Assembly: GCA_965218975.1 (NCBI GenBank)
Contig: OZ244717.1
Location: 32,001 to 96,000, forward strand
DNA length: 64,000 bases
Reading direction: 5' to 3'
DNA from: Candidatus Oxydemutatoraceae bacterium
GTDB lineage: Bacteria; Pseudomonadota; Gammaproteobacteria; Poriferisulfidales; Oxydemutatoraceae
The notes under the pieces are model-generated. The model saw nothing but the letters and a program-made list of their open reading frames with translations. It was not told the DNA's origin and made no database searches. Of the stretch, positions 10,707 to 21,184 are shown in pieces. A program made the translations under genes and the position numbers. Position 1 is the first letter of the stretch. Every line of letters starts with the position of its first letter.

Positions 10707-10949
10707 ATGGCTACTAAGAGACGCACGAAAAAACGTGCTACTGTAAAAAAGACAACTGCAAAGCGATCGCCGACAAAGAAGCGAGTGACGAAGCGAGTGA
10801 CCGCTAAAAAAAGTAGCGCCGTTAAGAAAAAATCGACAGCAAAGCGCCGTACCACAGTTAAAAAACGCAGCACTGTTAAGAAAAAGTCAACAGCAAAGCG
10901 TCGCGTCGTGCCTACGAAGAGACGTGCAATTAAAAGTAAGAGTCGCTAA
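10707..10949 (+). CDS. Small Lys/Arg-rich histone H1-like (nucleoid-associated) protein
   Basis: Strong RBS (AAGGAG); repeated VKKKSTAKRR-type units; followed by a terminator. Confidence 0.75.
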   Translation: MATKRRTKKRATVKKTTAKRSPTKKRVTKRVTAKKSSAVKKKSTAKRRTTVKKRSTVKKKSTAKRRVVPTKRRAIKSKSR

Positions 10950-10963
10950 ATACGTCATTTGCA

Positions 10964-11584
10964 CTAAAGCCTGGTTTTTAGCAAGCTGGGCTTTTTTGTT
11001 GTGCGTAAATAGTGAGTTAAAAATAATCCCGCAATAACCAGCACTCCACTGAATGCACCATATAGATGTGCTTCCGTAATAACCCGCATTTCAATTAACT
11101 CAGCGGTAGTAGGAGTCGGACCATAAAATGCCTCGTAAACCAATTTTCCGGTAATAAAAAGTAATATAATCCAACCAGTCATAGCGTATCGCGAATGATG
11201 AATATGCAACACCGCGATCACGATTAAAAACCCGTGTAAAATACCCGATAGACCGGTATATGTTTGCAAGTCAGGCAGAAATATTAAGATACCGGAACTA
11301 ACTCCCACCGAACATACCAGCAATGTACACACCCAAACCAATGCTGAACAAACCGATCTGCCGTACAGCCAAATCAGTATCCAAGCAAACAAATTAATCA
11401 ACCAGTGAATAGTGGCAAAATGAGTGAGGTGTCCGGTGATCATACGCCAATATTCTCCGGATAAAATCTCCTGGCGTTGGTAGGCGAATAAATCAAATAT
11501 ATCCTTGAAGAATAAAATGCAGAAAAATACAACTACAATGGCAACATAAGAATTGCCTTCACGTGCCAGTTGCTTAATGCTCAT
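10964..11584 (-). CDS. rrtA: Rhombosortase (GlyGly-CTERM-associated rhomboid protease)
   Basis: Y.R..I..GEYWR.ITGH.TH, Y.GLSG.LHG, V..EAHLYG motifs. Confidence 0.85.
   Translation of the reverse strand: MSIKQLAREGNSYVAIVVVFFCILFFKDIFDLFAYQRQEILSGEYWRMITGHLTHFATIHWLINLFAWILIWLYGRSVCSALVWVCTLLVCSVGVSSGILIFLPDLQTYTGLSGILHGFLIVIAVLHIHHSRYAMTGWIILLFITGKLVYEAFYGPTPTTAELIEMRVITEAHLYGAFSGVLVIAGLFLTHYLRTTKKPSLLKTRL
10966..10998 (+). terminator. Intrinsic terminator, possibly bidirectional
   Basis: AAGCCTGGTT...AGCTGGGCTT stem followed by a T-run, between convergent genes. Confidence 0.6.
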
Positions 11585-11982
11585 TCGGCAACTTTCTCAA
11601 CTTCCCCGTCTGCAGCAATCCATGCCTTAAAGCCGCCTGCCAAAGTACATACATTATCAATCCCCATTTCTTTCATGCGGTGAGCAGCCAGAGACGACCG
11701 CCCTCCACTAGCGCAGTAGACAACAAATTTCTTGTCTTGACCGAAAGTTTCGTCGTAATAAGGACTAGCCGGATCCACGAGAAACTCCAACATCCCGCGC
11801 GAAGCATGTTCCGCTCCCGCAATTTTACCGCCGGCAATCAGTTCGTGTCGCTCACGAACATCAATAAACTGCACACCGGGATTACTGGTAAGACGCACTA
11901 CCTTCGAAACTTCTATCGCATCTACCTGACTTGCAGCTTCTGCCATAAATTGTTGGAACCCTTTTTTTAATTTCCTTTCCAT
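11581..11982 (-). CDS. Rhodanese-like domain protein
   Basis: DVRE, SRGMLEF..DP.SPY, YCASGGRS motifs; start set at MERK after a GGAGG RBS. Confidence 0.9.
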   Translation of the reverse strand: MERKLKKGFQQFMAEAASQVDAIEVSKVVRLTSNPGVQFIDVRERHELIAGGKIAGAEHASRGMLEFLVDPASPYYDETFGQDKKFVVYCASGGRSSLAAHRMKEMGIDNVCTLAGGFKAWIAADGEVEKVAE

Positions 11983-12055
11983 ATTATTGATACCTCCATG
12001 ATTAAACGCTGATGTGATCGCAATGCATTTTGCTGTTGTATCAGCCGTATATCGG

Positions 12056-12829
12056 TTACATAACACCGCTACCGGAAAAAGTGACTTTCCCTTTGCCGGA
12101 ATTCTGTGCGTAAGCTTTTAATGCCGCAATCAATATCTTATTGTCACTACTCAAATCGGCAAAATAACGATAGCGTGGCCGTCGATCTCCTAAATCAACT
12201 TCCAACTTACCCTCTACCGAAAAAATATCCGTGCCTCCTGTGGTATTAACATCCAACTGTCTGTCTTGAAGCGCTAAATTGACTTTGTAATTCCCCACCT
12301 CTATATCGTTATTGGTAAGGGAGGTAATTGTACCACCAGCGGTAAAATTATCCGGTAGCGGCTGACCCAACTTGTGCGAGAAATCATGAACACTAAACTC
12401 ACCGTTACCACTGATTGATATTAGAGATCTTTTATAGCGAAACGGATAATCCTCTAAATGAATCCGCAGTACCGTATCGGTAATCGCAATTGTACGGCTG
12501 GTTAAAGCATAGATAAAATACCCGTCACCTTCCACTTCGGAACTATCAACCGCGATACACATTCGTATCGGCTGAATACTTGGACACCACTTCCAAAGTA
12601 CTTCAAGAGGTTTATTGAGTCCGGGTATATTCACCGGAGGTTTACTTCGCCAAACGGCTTGCATTTGTCCCGACCAAATTGATCCCGTCACTGAGTTAAC
12701 CTCAAGCTCCTTAGGCAATTGAACTTTGTCCAGCACAAAGCTAATCGGCATGGTCGACAGAAAAATCCCGCCACCTAAAACCAGTAACAATAAAGCAAGC
12801 AATACTTTGCCAATAGCGGCGAACCTCAT
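12056..12829 (-). CDS. gspN: Type II secretion protein N-like
   Basis: N-terminal TM, V.GSIWSG motif; position after gspM. Confidence 0.7.
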   Translation of the reverse strand: MRFAAIGKVLLALLLLVLGGGIFLSTMPISFVLDKVQLPKELEVNSVTGSIWSGQMQAVWRSKPPVNIPGLNKPLEVLWKWCPSIQPIRMCIAVDSSEVEGDGYFIYALTSRTIAITDTVLRIHLEDYPFRYKRSLISISGNGEFSVHDFSHKLGQPLPDNFTAGGTITSLTNNDIEVGNYKVNLALQDRQLDVNTTGGTDIFSVEGKLEVDLGDRRPRYRYFADLSSDNKILIAALKAYAQNSGKGKVTFSGSGVM

Positions 12830-12832
12830 CTT

Positions 12833-13330
12833 TTATCCTCCCACAACAATAGTACCGAACAAAAACCCTTTCCTATTCTCCAGGTCTGCTTCAACAATCC
12901 TTTTTCCGCCCAACGATAAAGATTCGAGCCATCGCATGAATTTTGTTCCGGGCGCTTTTTCAATTGCAATTTTGACAAGTTCCTCCTCTCCTTTTTTTAC
13001 AATTTCAGTCGTGTTTTTAACATTGATTTTATCCAACTCGGCGGTGATCTGCCCTTTGATCAATTTTGCCGGCTTTGCAATAGGCAAAACCCCGCCTGCT
13101 TCGGAGCGTAAGCGGTTAAGCAAACGCCCCTGATCCTGTAGCCAGCGATAGCCCTCGTCAGCTGTTTGATGAGCAAGCTGCGCATCACGATAACGATTTA
13201 CAACCGGCGCTACTACTCCGACATAAGCTACGGCGGCACTTACCAAAACAATGAGCAGTATTAATAATTTCTGTTCTCTAGCACTTTTTTCACGCCACCA
13301 TTGCAAAGTACTATCCGAAAGGATTTTCAT
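12833..13330 (-). CDS. gspM: Type II secretion protein M
   Basis: WW...SAREQ.LL followed by a TM; F.RWLE.L motif; synteny. Confidence 0.85.
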   Translation of the reverse strand: MKILSDSTLQWWREKSAREQKLLILLIVLVSAAVAYVGVVAPVVNRYRDAQLAHQTADEGYRWLQDQGRLLNRLRSEAGGVLPIAKPAKLIKGQITAELDKINVKNTTEIVKKGEEELVKIAIEKAPGTKFMRWLESLSLGGKRIVEADLENRKGFLFGTIVVGG

Positions 13331-14436
13331 ACTTTCCCTTCTGTTTCTAAAATCAAACGAACTTTTTTCCTGTTTTCTCTGGCGGACAGAGGTTCCGATC
13401 CCACTTTGATGTTCGGTAATTTACTAATTTCTTGCATAACAGAATTAAAATTTTTTGAAGTGCTTACCTCCATTTTAAGAACTTTAGAATCCAATTTGAT
13501 TCTTTCAACTTCACACGCCGCGCATGATGAGAAAATTGGTTCCATTGTAAGCATCAATCGCCAAGGACCCGCCTTGCGCTCTACAACTTCATTCTGTAAC
13601 CGGTCAAGTAATCGTGATAAGTGGACGCGCACGTTTGCACCGCCAAGTTGTTCATCCGGAAAGTATGCGGCAAATATACGCTCGGTCGCTTTTTCCAAAG
13701 TGGCTGCCTGAACATTAAACGAATACGCTTTAATCCGCAATTCGGCAAGAAAAAGAGCCGCCAACACCAGCAGCAGCATCGCTGCCCAATACCAAGGCTT
13801 CAACCACGTCAGAATTAATGAAGTTGGCTTAAAAGCTCCTTGCAAAAGACTAACCGGTAAGGATTGATTCGCCGCTTGTATCATCAATTCTTCAAGACTG
13901 TGCGGCGACGATTCAACACGTACGCGCCAATCTTCAGGTAACGATTGCGGGTTGTCGCTGAAAATCCTTAAATCGGCACCATAAGATTTAACTTCGACAA
14001 TGGAACGCACCCATTCCAAAGACCCACTAATCGTTTCCTGCAAACCAAAACGCAAATAGTAATAATCGTTTTGGCACCAAAGAACAGGACGTTCTGTGTC
14101 TTGGTCAAATGGAATTGCCAAAAAGTCGGGATAAACGACACGTGGTTTAATGCCGCGTTCCGCCAGCGAATCCATCCATTCGCGCATCGCACTTAACGGA
14201 GTGCAAATAACCGGAATTCCTTCGTCTTCCTCCATCTGGCCGATCGCAAAATGCATTGTTTCAACCCTGTTTAATAATTGATCTTCTACTACAAAAGGAA
14301 CGGTTTTTTCCCACACTTGTTTACTTTTTAGCGGCAAATCCGCCCGATAGACAACCATCTGATCAGACGGCACCCAAACGATGTCTTTAGGTCCCGCCAG
14401 ATGATGTAACTCGTTATCGGAATCAATCCGCCACAT
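13327..14436 (-). CDS. gspL: Type II secretion protein L
   Basis: PF.VED.L...VE.MHFA, PD.LA.P, LLQG.F motifs; synteny. Confidence 0.85.
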   Translation of the reverse strand: MWRIDSDNELHHLAGPKDIVWVPSDQMVVYRADLPLKSKQVWEKTVPFVVEDQLLNRVETMHFAIGQMEEDEGIPVICTPLSAMREWMDSLAERGIKPRVVYPDFLAIPFDQDTERPVLWCQNDYYYLRFGLQETISGSLEWVRSIVEVKSYGADLRIFSDNPQSLPEDWRVRVESSPHSLEELMIQAANQSLPVSLLQGAFKPTSLILTWLKPWYWAAMLLLVLAALFLAELRIKAYSFNVQAATLEKATERIFAAYFPDEQLGGANVRVHLSRLLDRLQNEVVERKAGPWRLMLTMEPIFSSCAACEVERIKLDSKVLKMEVSTSKNFNSVMQEISKLPNIKVGSEPLSARENRKKVRLILETEGKV

Positions 14437-14443
14437 AATTGAA

Positions 14444-15751
14444 TTAAGTTCCTTTTACCAAACCGGATTTTGCCGCCTGACATTTTGCGTAATACCCTTT
14501 TCCGAAACGCCTTTGTACTACACTAACTTCTCTATTTTTAATATTGCGGTACATCATAACTTGCATCTCATTTTCGAAACTTCCTGATTTCACTTTAATC
14601 GCGGCGGCGAAATATTCAGTGATAACGCCAATATATTTTCTGTACTTATTACCCCCTTTCCCCCTACGCCAAAAAGTGTACGGAGTATTTTCTTTTTTTT
14701 CATCAGAGCTCAAATTGACCGGATTGCAAAAAACATCCAACCCCGGACTAATGCCGCGGCATAGTTTACTAGAACTCTTAATCGGCGGACTATCCCAAGA
14801 AGAACGATATAGCTCAATGTCGCTTAATATACCACCTAACTCGGAATCAACCGGCTCATCACCGACATGTATACCTGGCAATGCTGCCAATACTTGTCGC
14901 GGCACCGTGTTAATGTTGATTTTCGGATGCACGGGTCTAGTCTTTTCACCCAGCAAATAGGGTCTTGCGGTTAGAATGTCAATGAAATCTCGTGCAGTCT
15001 TATGGCGGAATCCGTTAATCAAATAAATTTCCTCAGGCCATGCCATTCGCATTGCAGCGGTTTGATAAGGCGGAACACGATCGGAGTAATCGCCATTTTC
15101 CGCTCCTTCGGGGCGCACTGCATCATCGCGATCTAACCAATCTTCTAATGAATCCACCAATTGCTGCGGAGTAGGTGTGCTGGGATCAAATTCAGGCCCT
15201 AAATTAGAATTTTCAAATAAATTCAGCAATACGGTTTCCATAAATGTTTGCGTATTCCAAATATTCTTTTTAATGTTCGCGCTGCTCTTACCCCGATTCT
15301 TCACTAACCCCCGATGTAATAGATTGATATCTAACAGACCATTGGCATCCTGTACACAAAATTCAAGCGTAACATTTTGAAATGCTTCAGTATTATCAAA
15401 TCCCTCCAAATTGTGCACGTTGATTTTCCATCGTCGCGACCACAATTCATCAAGCGAATCGCCGACCAATTCTCTTTCTTCATTGAGGGGCGTCCAAGTT
15501 GTGTAGTAATCCGGACGCCTTTTATCCATACTTAATAGTTTAGTAACCAAATTTTCTACTCCGAAAACATGCAAGATCGCTTGCTCTTGGCTGACAATTC
15601 GGGTCGTACGCTGCACCGATATATGCTGGCTCTTCATCAACCACGAAGCTGATGCCGATACCATTGCGACGACTATAAGAACACTAATTAACGCAACGCC
15701 GCGAATCGTTTCAAGCCGATTGTCGAAAATATTCGGAGTAGACTGATTCAT
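14444..15751 (-). CDS. gspK: Type II secretion minor pseudopilin K
   Basis: RG|VALISVL prepilin motif; DWLD.D...R..GAE...Y; KININT. Confidence 0.9.
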   Translation of the reverse strand: MNQSTPNIFDNRLETIRGVALISVLIVVAMVSASASWLMKSQHISVQRTTRIVSQEQAILHVFGVENLVTKLLSMDKRRPDYYTTWTPLNEERELVGDSLDELWSRRWKINVHNLEGFDNTEAFQNVTLEFCVQDANGLLDINLLHRGLVKNRGKSSANIKKNIWNTQTFMETVLLNLFENSNLGPEFDPSTPTPQQLVDSLEDWLDRDDAVRPEGAENGDYSDRVPPYQTAAMRMAWPEEIYLINGFRHKTARDFIDILTARPYLLGEKTRPVHPKININTVPRQVLAALPGIHVGDEPVDSELGGILSDIELYRSSWDSPPIKSSSKLCRGISPGLDVFCNPVNLSSDEKKENTPYTFWRRGKGGNKYRKYIGVITEYFAAAIKVKSGSFENEMQVMMYRNIKNREVSVVQRRFGKGYYAKCQAAKSGLVKGT

Positions 15752-16350
15752 TGCATATCCACTCCCGGAAACCAGCGGGTAAATACACCTTCGGCTGTTT
15801 CAATTTCAATAATAATTTTCCCTTGCGGCAAAAATTCATACTCGCGCGGGTCAACCGGGTCCTCGCTATTAATTGCATTTAACGGAGAATCAATCTCCAT
15901 AGTGAATGTATCCACATCTTCCATCAATAAAGCTTTCTGCGGTTCCGTCACTTGTACACGGTCCAAAACCGGCCACACTAAACGGTATAAGTTCCCGTCT
16001 TGCAAACAATAAGAAATACGTTGCAGGCCGGCACGGGCAAAAAATATACTCCCTTCACCGCTGGTTCGAGTAAAACTAACTTCACAGTCTCCGTCCTTTT
16101 GCACAAAAGCTCGCTGCAAATCTCCGAAAGTTCCTCTAATCGGACGCCGTGCAAGATTAATAAAATCATGTAATATGACAGTCCAAGCAACTTGAAACGC
16201 ATTCAAAGAATCGGCATGCCGCTCCACGCGTTCTTGTACTCTTAACGATCCTTCTAATGCTTGAAAAGTCATTGCCGATAAGAAAGCAAAAATTGACATT
16301 GCAATCAGCACTTCGATCAATGTAAACCCGAAAACGGACCGCCGCATCAC
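15748..16350 (-). CDS. gspJ: Type II secretion minor pseudopilin J
   Basis: G|FTLIEVLIAMSIFA; LQRI.Y.L..G.L.R..WPVLDR. Confidence 0.9.
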   Translation of the reverse strand: MMRRSVFGFTLIEVLIAMSIFAFLSAMTFQALEGSLRVQERVERHADSLNAFQVAWTVILHDFINLARRPIRGTFGDLQRAFVQKDGDCEVSFTRTSGEGSIFFARAGLQRISYCLQDGNLYRLVWPVLDRVQVTEPQKALLMEDVDTFTMEIDSPLNAINSEDPVDPREYEFLPQGKIIIEIETAEGVFTRWFPGVDMQ

Positions 16351-16352
16351 AT

Positions 16353-16766
16353 TTACTCTATCTGCAGAATCGCAGTCATGTTTGCAACCGGTTCGTCCCC
16401 CCTGGAATCCGGCGCATAAACTCTGACTGTGCGTAAAGTTAAAGGGTAACTTAGTTTTCTATCATCGCGCAAATAAAACACCAATTCGCCTATTTGATCA
16501 ACCGCCTCCCACTCCCAATAACCGCTTCCCTGTTCCATTCTCCCACTAGTTTGACACTCTACCTCCTCTTCTTCCGAACGTAACTGCAGATAACATTCCA
16601 TGAACGCGTCCCATGCAATCAGTTGGGCATGATAGCGTTGAGAAATATGCAACTGGAAATTAGTATAGTTCCCGATCGCTCGTAGCGATGCACCGAGTGA
16701 AACAGATAACACCAGCACTGCAATTAGCACTTCGATTAGTGTAAAACCTTGCTTAATACCCTTCAT
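16353..16766 (-). CDS. gspI: Type II secretion minor pseudopilin I
   Basis: QG|FTLIEVLIA; start set at MKGIKQG; synteny. Confidence 0.85.
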   Translation of the reverse strand: MKGIKQGFTLIEVLIAVLVLSVSLGASLRAIGNYTNFQLHISQRYHAQLIAWDAFMECYLQLRSEEEEVECQTSGRMEQGSGYWEWEAVDQIGELVFYLRDDRKLSYPLTLRTVRVYAPDSRGDEPVANMTAILQIE

Positions 16767-17304
16767 TTTCTTGCGGAAGTTTAGCTTCCATTTTTCCGCT
16801 GGAGGTCCAGACAATATTTAAATAAGGCAAGCCCTCAATCAGCAACTCCATTCCTCCGGCGGGTTCCCATAAACCGTTCGTCCAAAATGAGATTTTAGGC
16901 AAAATGCGTTTGGTATTCTCGTCGGATTCTTCTTGCTCTTCAAGATCAATACCGTCGGCAACCATTTTAATCGTCATGGGCGGGTCCCAATCTAAAAGTT
17001 CAATTTCGGTAGCACGCCGCCACGCTCCGGAAATATAAACCAATGGTGTCAGCTTTTGAGCTTTGCGGTCAAATTCAAGTGCGTAAGGATTGCCGGTGAG
17101 TACCGATTCGTTAGAGATATGGCGCATCATGAATTGTAATTCTTTGGCAAAAGTCCGTGCCTTCTGATGTCCGGTCACATCAACCGAGAGCAAAGCAACC
17201 GCTGTCACAATGCTGATAATTATCACGACGACCATGATTTCAATCAAAGTAAAACCACGCACTGTGATTGATTTACATTTTCGCACCATTTGATAGGTAA
17301 TCAT
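16753..17304 (-). CDS. gspH: Type II secretion minor pseudopilin H
   Basis: RG|FTLIEIMVVVIII; lies between gspG and gspI. Confidence 0.85.
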   Translation of the reverse strand: MITYQMVRKCKSITVRGFTLIEIMVVVIIISIVTAVALLSVDVTGHQKARTFAKELQFMMRHISNESVLTGNPYALEFDRKAQKLTPLVYISGAWRRATEIELLDWDPPMTIKMVADGIDLEEQEESDENTKRILPKISFWTNGLWEPAGGMELLIEGLPYLNIVWTSSGKMEAKLPQENEGY

Positions 17305-17370
17305 GTCACGCCAAAGAAAAGGCGTCTTTTCTCTCCTTTAATTAAAGAGAGAATATACAATAGTCATTTC

Positions 17371-17793
17371 TTATTCTTCGAGGTTCCAGTTACCAATATC
17401 AGCATCAAGATCGTTACCCCCCTCAATCCCGTCACGACCGTAGCTATATAAGTCAAACTTTGCTCTTCCGCCGCTACGATGTCCTCCTTTCTGGTACTGG
17501 TAATCGCGCTTCCATGGATCATGAGGAACCCGCTCCAAATATCTAGTATTGCCTGATGCTAGCTCATCTAGTGAATTAGGATAATCGAAATTATCCAGAC
17601 GGTACATATTTAATGCAGTCACAATATTTTGGACGTCAATCTTGGCGGCAACTCTGCGCGCATGATCGGGACGCTCCATAATATTGGGAACAATTAATGC
17701 CGCAAGAATGCCGAGAATAACCACGACAACCATAATTTCAATCAGGGTAAACCCGGATTGTTTGAAATTCTCTGCCATATAACCATACCTCAT
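17371..17793 (-). CDS. gspG: Type II secretion major pseudopilin G
   Basis: G|FTLIEIMVVVVILGILAALIVPN, YRLDN..YP, DPW..DY, D.DIGNW motifs. Confidence 0.95.
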   Translation of the reverse strand: MRYGYMAENFKQSGFTLIEIMVVVVILGILAALIVPNIMERPDHARRVAAKIDVQNIVTALNMYRLDNFDYPNSLDELASGNTRYLERVPHDPWKRDYQYQKGGHRSGGRAKFDLYSYGRDGIEGGNDLDADIGNWNLEE

Positions 17794-17794
17794 A

Positions 17795-18994
17795 TTAAAT
17801 CATTTGATTCATTTCAATAATCGGAACCAGAACAGCCATTACAATCAGCAGCACGATACCGCCCATTATTATAACTAATAAAGGTTCAAAGAGTTTTAAT
17901 GTCGCGTCAATCACGCTTTTTAGACGCTGTTCGTAGTAATCCGCAACTTTAAGCAGCATATTGTCCAAGGTACCGCTGGACTCGCCGCTACTAATCATGT
18001 GAACCAAAAAAGGCGGGAAATATTCGGCTTTTAACAGAGCTTTATGCAAGCTATCCCCTTCACGCACCCAATTGGAAACATCCCTCAAAGAATCGCGCAA
18101 TGCCACATTATGCACCCGCTCGGAAGCAATCAATAGCGATTCCATAATCGGCACACCGCTGCCAAGCAACATTCCCAAACTACGCGACCAACCTGAAACA
18201 TTCGCTAGAATCACAAGATAGCCGATGCGCGGCATCTGCAAAGTAAGCGTATCCCAGTTTTTACGGAATTCCGGCTTACGCAAAGCGAGGCTAAATAACA
18301 CGACAGCAACAAACAAGGTGGTGAACAAGTAGAAGCCGTAGGCTTGCAACCAATTACTGATTGCAATCAACGCCTCGGTTAATGTCGGCAAGGATTGATC
18401 CATATCCGAAAAAACTCGCGTGACTTGCGGGACAACATAAATCAACAGAAGCATAATAACCGTTACCGCAACAGTCAACATCAATACCGGATAAATCAAC
18501 GCGTTGATCAAAGATTGTCGTGCCTTGCCCTGCACTTCAACATCATCCGCCAAGCGGACCAATACTTCTTCGAGATGACCGGTTTCTTCTCCTGCCGCGA
18601 CCGTCGCAACAAAGTCGGGAGGAAAATTGTACGGTGAATTTTTCATCGCGTACGCAAGGCTCCGCCCTTCCGATAACTGGTTCCTGATATTTGAGACCAT
18701 ACGCTTAATTGTCATATTTTCCGCCTGATCCGCCATCAAACGCAAACTCTCTTCCAACGGCATCCCCGAACTCACCAGAGTTGCAAGCTGACGAGTAATC
18801 AGCATCATATCATTGCGGCTGACCCGCTCACGCATTCTGAACAGAGAATGCTCTTCTTTAGCAACAGTAACTTCCATCGGCATCAATCCGTTTTTGCGCA
18901 ACTTCTGGCGAACCGCACGTTCGGAGTCGCCTTCCATCACGCCTTTTTCTGATTTTCCGTGACGATCAAATGCGGTGTAATTGAATGTCTGCAT
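17795..18994 (-). CDS. gspF: Type II secretion inner membrane protein F
   Basis: TRQLATL..SG.PLEE, AGEETGHL, ALIYP, GE.SG.L..ML motifs. Confidence 0.95.
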   Translation of the reverse strand: MQTFNYTAFDRHGKSEKGVMEGDSERAVRQKLRKNGLMPMEVTVAKEEHSLFRMRERVSRNDMMLITRQLATLVSSGMPLEESLRLMADQAENMTIKRMVSNIRNQLSEGRSLAYAMKNSPYNFPPDFVATVAAGEETGHLEEVLVRLADDVEVQGKARQSLINALIYPVLMLTVAVTVIMLLLIYVVPQVTRVFSDMDQSLPTLTEALIAISNWLQAYGFYLFTTLFVAVVLFSLALRKPEFRKNWDTLTLQMPRIGYLVILANVSGWSRSLGMLLGSGVPIMESLLIASERVHNVALRDSLRDVSNWVREGDSLHKALLKAEYFPPFLVHMISSGESSGTLDNMLLKVADYYEQRLKSVIDATLKLFEPLLVIIMGGIVLLIVMAVLVPIIEMNQMI

Positions 18995-19016
18995 TTCTAC
19001 CCAAATATATTGATGA

Positions 19017-20492
19017 TTAGTTTGATGTCACCATAAGTACTTCATCAAGCGTCGTTTCACCTTTGAAGACATGGGCAAGCCCGACCGAACGCAAACTTGG
19101 TTGAGTTTTTCTAACATGCGCCTCCATCTGGACTTCACTCGCACCCTCGTGAATCATCTGGCGTAATTGATCGTCCATTACAACTAAATCAAACAAGCCG
19201 AAACGGCCGGCATAGCCGGTATGATTACACTTTTCACAACCTTTCACTTGGTAAGCTGTGCGATCATCGGTAAGATATTCGGCGGCAATGCCCCAGCGAT
19301 TAATTTCTTCCGAACTGATCTGGTATGGCTCGCGACATTCCGGACATAAGCGCCGCACTAAACGCTGTGCCAGAACCCCTTGCAAAGTGGCGGTCAATAA
19401 GAATGATTCAACATCCATATCACCGAGTCGCGTCACCGCTCCTGTTGCCGTATTAGTATGTAACGTCGATAACACCAAGTGTCCGGTTAAGCTTGCTTGC
19501 ACCGCAATATCGGCGGTTTCCTTATCGCGAATCTCTCCGATCAACACAACATCCGGGTCTTGTCGCAAAATGGCACGCAGACCTCTAGCAAAGGTCATAT
19601 TGGCTTTAGTGTTAACTTGCGTCTGACTAATACCTTCAATATTATACTCTATCGGATCTTCAATGGTCATTACATTGCGTCGTTCGTAATCAACTTCGGC
19701 CAACGCCGCGTATAGGGTCGTACTTTTGCCGCTACCCGTCGGGCCTGTCACCAATACAATTCCGTGAGGACGGTGCACCATCTGCTTGAATTGAGTCTGC
19801 ATTGCACGGCTCATCCCTAACTGATTCAAACTCGGTCGTTCCATGCCTTTGTCCAAAATCCTGAGCACCACCCGTTCACCATAGCTTGAAGGCAGCGTGG
19901 AAACCCGCAAATCTACCGCACGTCCGCCAAGCAATAGTGAAATACGCCCGTCTTGCGGCACCCGTTTTTCCGCGATATCCAACCGTGCTAAAATTTTAAT
20001 CCGGGAAACCAGCAGAGGAGCCAATTGCATTGACGGCGCCAACATAACGGTCAGAGTTCCATCAAGACGAAAACGTATCTGCAATTCGTCTTCGCGTGGT
20101 TCAATATGAATATCTGATGCTTTTTTACGAATCGCTTCTAGGAAAATAGCATTGAGCATTCTAATAATCGGCGCGTCATCTTCACTCTTTAGCAAATCTT
20201 CCGGCTTTTCCATCGCGGCGGCAACTTCACTCAACCCCATTTCACCGACATCAGGCATTTCAGCAAATGCATCATCCCGGTTGGCATATACTCTCTGGAG
20301 TCCTTCGTTGAACTCGCTCGATTTCAACTGTTTTAAGGGCAATTCGGCGCCGCACCAAAGCTTGACTTCTTGCAAAGCAGCTATATCGGCATCGGAACGA
20401 AAACAAACGATGGTATCGCCGCCGGCAGTTTGCTCAATAAAAACACCTTGTTCTTGGGCAAAATTAAATGGAATGGGTTTATCAACGCTCAT
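19017..20492 (-). CDS. gspE: Type II secretion ATPase E
   Basis: ASDIHIEP, GPTGSGKSTT, LRQDPD, Cys tetrad. Confidence 0.95.
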   Translation of the reverse strand: MSVDKPIPFNFAQEQGVFIEQTAGGDTIVCFRSDADIAALQEVKLWCGAELPLKQLKSSEFNEGLQRVYANRDDAFAEMPDVGEMGLSEVAAAMEKPEDLLKSEDDAPIIRMLNAIFLEAIRKKASDIHIEPREDELQIRFRLDGTLTVMLAPSMQLAPLLVSRIKILARLDIAEKRVPQDGRISLLLGGRAVDLRVSTLPSSYGERVVLRILDKGMERPSLNQLGMSRAMQTQFKQMVHRPHGIVLVTGPTGSGKSTTLYAALAEVDYERRNVMTIEDPIEYNIEGISQTQVNTKANMTFARGLRAILRQDPDVVLIGEIRDKETADIAVQASLTGHLVLSTLHTNTATGAVTRLGDMDVESFLLTATLQGVLAQRLVRRLCPECREPYQISSEEINRWGIAAEYLTDDRTAYQVKGCEKCNHTGYAGRFGLFDLVVMDDQLRQMIHEGASEVQMEAHVRKTQPSLRSVGLAHVFKGETTLDEVLMVTSN

Positions 20493-20498
20493 AAATCT

Positions 20499-21176
20499 TC
20501 AACGAAACATTTGATCGGCGTGCAATTTGAAACGCTGCCCGCGGAAATTTACTACGACGCCGTCCGGCAAAATCTTCTCAACGGTAAGATCATCTCCAAC
20601 AGATTGATTCTCGCGTAATATCATACCGTTAATTATAACTTTTCGCGCCCGTACTTGGGTTCCCGAATACAAATGTCCGGTCAGACGCAATGTCGGCAAA
20701 CTCTCTTGCGGCAAATCAGGTAATTGATCATAGTCAGGCTCTTTCTCCTCAATCACCGATAAATCGGATGGCGGCATTTTGATGGCTGGCAGTGGCGTTT
20801 TAATTAGGGGTTGAGTAAGCGGGGCAGCAGGTATTGATTCCGGCTTCAATGAATTCATCGGCGCACTGACAGGTTCTTTAACCGATGGGGCGGGCATTGT
20901 TTGACGATCGGATGGAAATAACGGTGTTGATTCTTGCCCGTACATCGGACGACTATCCGGATATTCAAAGGGTATCTTGACGATATCCGACCAATATAAA
21001 ATCCAAATGATGAACCCGATCAACACCAACCCACAAACGATCATGAATATCTTGTTGTTCGCCAAACGACTATCAGTTCCAACAAGCGCTTTGGGTTCCG
21101 GAGACAATGCCGTCGGAATATTACCGCTTTTTCTATCCGCATCAGCTTTCTTTAGTGCCGAAAGTATGTACGACAT
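20499..21176 (-). CDS. gspB: General secretion pathway protein B (ExeB-like)
   Basis: MSYILSALKKA start, TM, Pro-rich linker, C-terminal H.YS...R.V.ING domain. Confidence 0.85.
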   Translation of the reverse strand: MSYILSALKKADADRKSGNIPTALSPEPKALVGTDSRLANNKIFMIVCGLVLIGFIIWILYWSDIVKIPFEYPDSRPMYGQESTPLFPSDRQTMPAPSVKEPVSAPMNSLKPESIPAAPLTQPLIKTPLPAIKMPPSDLSVIEEKEPDYDQLPDLPQESLPTLRLTGHLYSGTQVRARKVIINGMILRENQSVGDDLTVEKILPDGVVVNFRGQRFKLHADQMFR

Positions 21177-21184
21177 GCTGTTAC

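Noticed and set aside
10202-10873. Antisense ORFs over zapA/ssrS and over the basic protein
   Set aside because: Shadows of the real plus-strand features.
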